Notes under the pieces: model-generated
Database searches by the model: none
Told to the model about the DNA's origin: nothing
Seen by the model: only the letters and a program-made list of their open reading frames with translations
Translations under genes and position numbers: made by a program
NCBI GenBank assembly: GCA_032718475.1
Contig: JAUCBJ010006254.1
Span: 2,310 to 66,309, forward strand
Direction: 5' to 3'
Length of the DNA stretch: 64,000 nucleotides
From: Nemertoderma westbladi
Taxonomy: Eukaryota; Animalia; Xenacoelomorpha
Shown: positions 61,545-64,000 of the stretch, piece after piece
Position numbering within the stretch: position 1 is the stretch's first letter
Layout: each line of letters starts with the position of its first letter

Positions 61545-62160
61545 CCCCTGCCATTTTATATACCTGTCATTTTTTAGTGTTTTTTAGTGCTTTTTTGATA
61601 TTGATGAATGTTCTAGAATATTAGTAGATATGTTTTTTTTATGGTAGCCAGTGTTTTTTTTACTAGCTAGCATTTTTTGGAATTTAAAAAAATACAGTAT
61701 TTTTTTTTATTTTCGTTGGTAAGTATTCTAGAACATTAACTGATAGATATTATTTATTAATATAGCTAGTGTTTTTTTTTACTAGCTAGTATTTTTTTTT
61801 TAGTTATAAAAACATTTGTGAAAACATTGATATTTCAGAATGAGGCCTAAACTGTTGCAGAATATATTAATGACAAAAAATATTGATGACATTATAACAG
61901 TTTAAGCTTATATTAAAAATCTTTTACAATTTTTTGAACATCGTGTGTTGCTGTACAGTTTTCTGAATCTAAATTAAGCAGGGTCCTGAATGAAATCCCG
62001 CTATTATGCTAGGATAATAATAATTGTTAACCAACCAACAAACACGCAACATATTAAAAAAATCATTAAAATTTTTTTATTTTCAAAAAATACTACAGTA
62101 GCTAGTAAAAAAAACACTAGCTACCATAAAAAGAATATCTACTAAGAAAAACATATAACA
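61545..62160. repeat. Degenerate AT-rich repeat family (actagcta/gttctagaa motifs), partly inverted; relatives at 8100-8230 and 63480-63725
   Basis: tatggtagccagtgtttttttttactagcta (~61640) faces tagctagtaaaaaaaacactagctaccata (~62100). There is also a ~171-bp direct duplication at 63481/63652. Confidence 0.5.
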
Positions 62161-62635
62161 TAACATAAAACAGCAAACATAAAAACACTTAAATTTAAAC
62201 ACGAACAAAAAGTAATGGTTAAAAAAATGACAGAGTTTGAAGTTTGAAGAGTAACTGAAGTGCCACTGGTACAATATCGCGAATATCAAGACGATCACCT
62301 TTTGGAAACTCCTAAAGATTGAAAGCGAATTTATAAATTCTGAATCAAAATCCAGGCACTGAATCAAGGCGATACCGGCATATTCCATGCAATGGAGTGC
62401 AGTGCCTCTTACTTATTTAAACGCTTCGGTTACTATAGTGATTTGCTCACCATACGATACTAGAATAAAGTATTGTATGTAATACTGTAATATAATTCAC
62501 TATTTTTTGTTTATTTATTTTGTGCGACCTTTTCAATATTATTCCGTAGCAATGCGCGAGATAGCGCTTAGAGATGCGGTCAGTAAAACAGTCTAAACTA
62601 AAAAACAAACATAAAACGGATTTAATATTAATATT

Positions 62636-63226
62636 ATGGCGTCTTTAACTGGTGGTGACAGCAGTGGTGATACTGTCCCTGAAGACACGGGGGAATATAT
62701 AAAACAGATAGCACAGCTCGAAAGTGTAATTAAGGAGTTAAAAAACGAGTTGTCTTTGAATGAAAGGCGATGTGCCGACGAAGACTTACGAAATGAAATA
62801 CTACAAACTCGATTCAAACAGGTTGAGAGCGATCTTAACCTGGAATGGGCTGTCCATACCCAGCACTTAAGGGTCAGGAATTCCGTTCTTCAGAAGAAGT
62901 TGAAGGAGTATGAGAAAGACGATCGAGAAATCTCAGATACCCGCAGTTTCAAACTACGATACCAGTTCACCTGCGTAAGTAAAAAGCTGCTTTCTGTCTT
63001 TATCTTTGTTCTTTCTCCGTTGTTATTAATAGCAAGTGCTTTATATTCAACAATGCAGCAACTAGCAAGTTGGTTAGAAGCAAGGGAACCCACTGTTACA
63101 GATGATACAGAAGTTCGTTTTACGAAGGAGGTCATTGATGAAAAAGATCGCGAAATCGCTATTCTACAGAATAGAGTTGAGGGATGGAGGCGCTATTGCT
63201 GTCAGCTGAAGGGTCAATCCGATTGA
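62636..63226 (+). CDS. Hypothetical coiled-coil protein; possibly contains a short intron starting at 62975
   Basis: 196-aa ORF with heptad-like E/K/L composition. GTAAGT at 62975 is followed by a pyrimidine tract, and an in-frame AG exists at 63057-63058. No recognised family. Confidence 0.45.
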   Translation: MASLTGGDSSGDTVPEDTGEYIKQIAQLESVIKELKNELSLNERRCADEDLRNEILQTRFKQVESDLNLEWAVHTQHLRVRNSVLQKKLKEYEKDDREISDTRSFKLRYQFTCVSKKLLSVFIFVLSPLLLIASALYSTMQQLASWLEAREPTVTDDTEVRFTKEVIDEKDREIAILQNRVEGWRRYCCQLKGQSD

Positions 63227-64000
63227 GTCAATGAGTTTTAAATCAAAAACATTAATTTTCATAATAAAAAAATTAAACCTAATAAATACTCTACTGTATA
63301 TAGTAGGCCTTAAGTTTTGAATCTGTACTGTGTTTTATCGTCAAACAGTAGAGAATACTTTTTCACTTCAGCAATTTGTTAATTTGATTTGATAAATTTC
63401 AAGAAAATCAAAAGCTAAACGTGATTTTAAATTTCGACAGGAAGAAGTTAAAAACTGAAGCAAAATTTGGAAAGCGAAAATAGCTACCATCTTACTGTCA
63501 GAAGGTCAAATATTTGTTCTAGATAAAAAAAACCTCATAATAAAATGTATTTTTACAAGAAAAAAGTTGGTCAAATTTTTTTTCAATTTTTCAATTATAA
63601 TTTTTTTCACTAGCTAATAAAAAGTACTAGCTAACACAAAATAAAAATTACTAGCTACCATCGTACTGGCAGAAGGTTAAATATTTGTTCTAGAACAAAA
63701 AACCTCATGATAAAAGCCATTTTCATATGAAAAAATTGTTTATAAAGTGGGTACCCATAACATAGTAATGGCTAACAAGTAAGATTAATTAATTAAAGCT
63801 AAAAATAAATAAGATGAAAGGATGCAACTACTCAGGGAACTCGCCCATGTGAAGTATACCAGAATTTCACTTTTCGGTCGACTTTTTATTGGAATTTTAT
63901 ATATGAAGATTTTTTATTTTTTTTATTTATCTTTATTAAGTGTTTTATAGTGCTAATTTCGGTCTTATAACCTGTACATATACAAATTTGTTTATTGTTT

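Overview
AT-rich, repeat-dense eukaryotic window, most likely from an invertebrate animal; the taxon cannot be fixed from the sequence. Host genes are few and intron-poor: XRCC2, a two-exon signal-peptide/EGF-repeat/Ly6-uPAR/GPI protein, an ankyrin-SOCS-box (ASB-like) gene, TBC1D15/17, AP5B1 and an uncertain coiled-coil ORF. Mobile and repetitive DNA: (1) seven copies of a ~1.27 kb non-coding Helitron/Helentron-like element, six of them clustered head-to-tail, each carrying RFX X-box-like palindromes about every 150 bp; (2) a 5'-truncated RTE-type LINE with a 13-bp TSD, interrupted by one of those elements; (3) a ~15 kb 35-bp satellite; (4) a young 12.4 kb BEL/Pao-type LTR element inserted in that satellite. 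The LTR element keeps Gag-protease and lacks RT and integrase. It has an extra zinc-knuckle ORF and no tRNA PBS; instead the 13 nt after the 5' LTR are exactly complementary to a site inside its own LTR, which suggests Tf1-like self-priming. A small inverted-repeat element contains a minimal hammerhead-ribozyme-like motif between Pol III A and B boxes. All calls come from manual motif reading; no searches were run.
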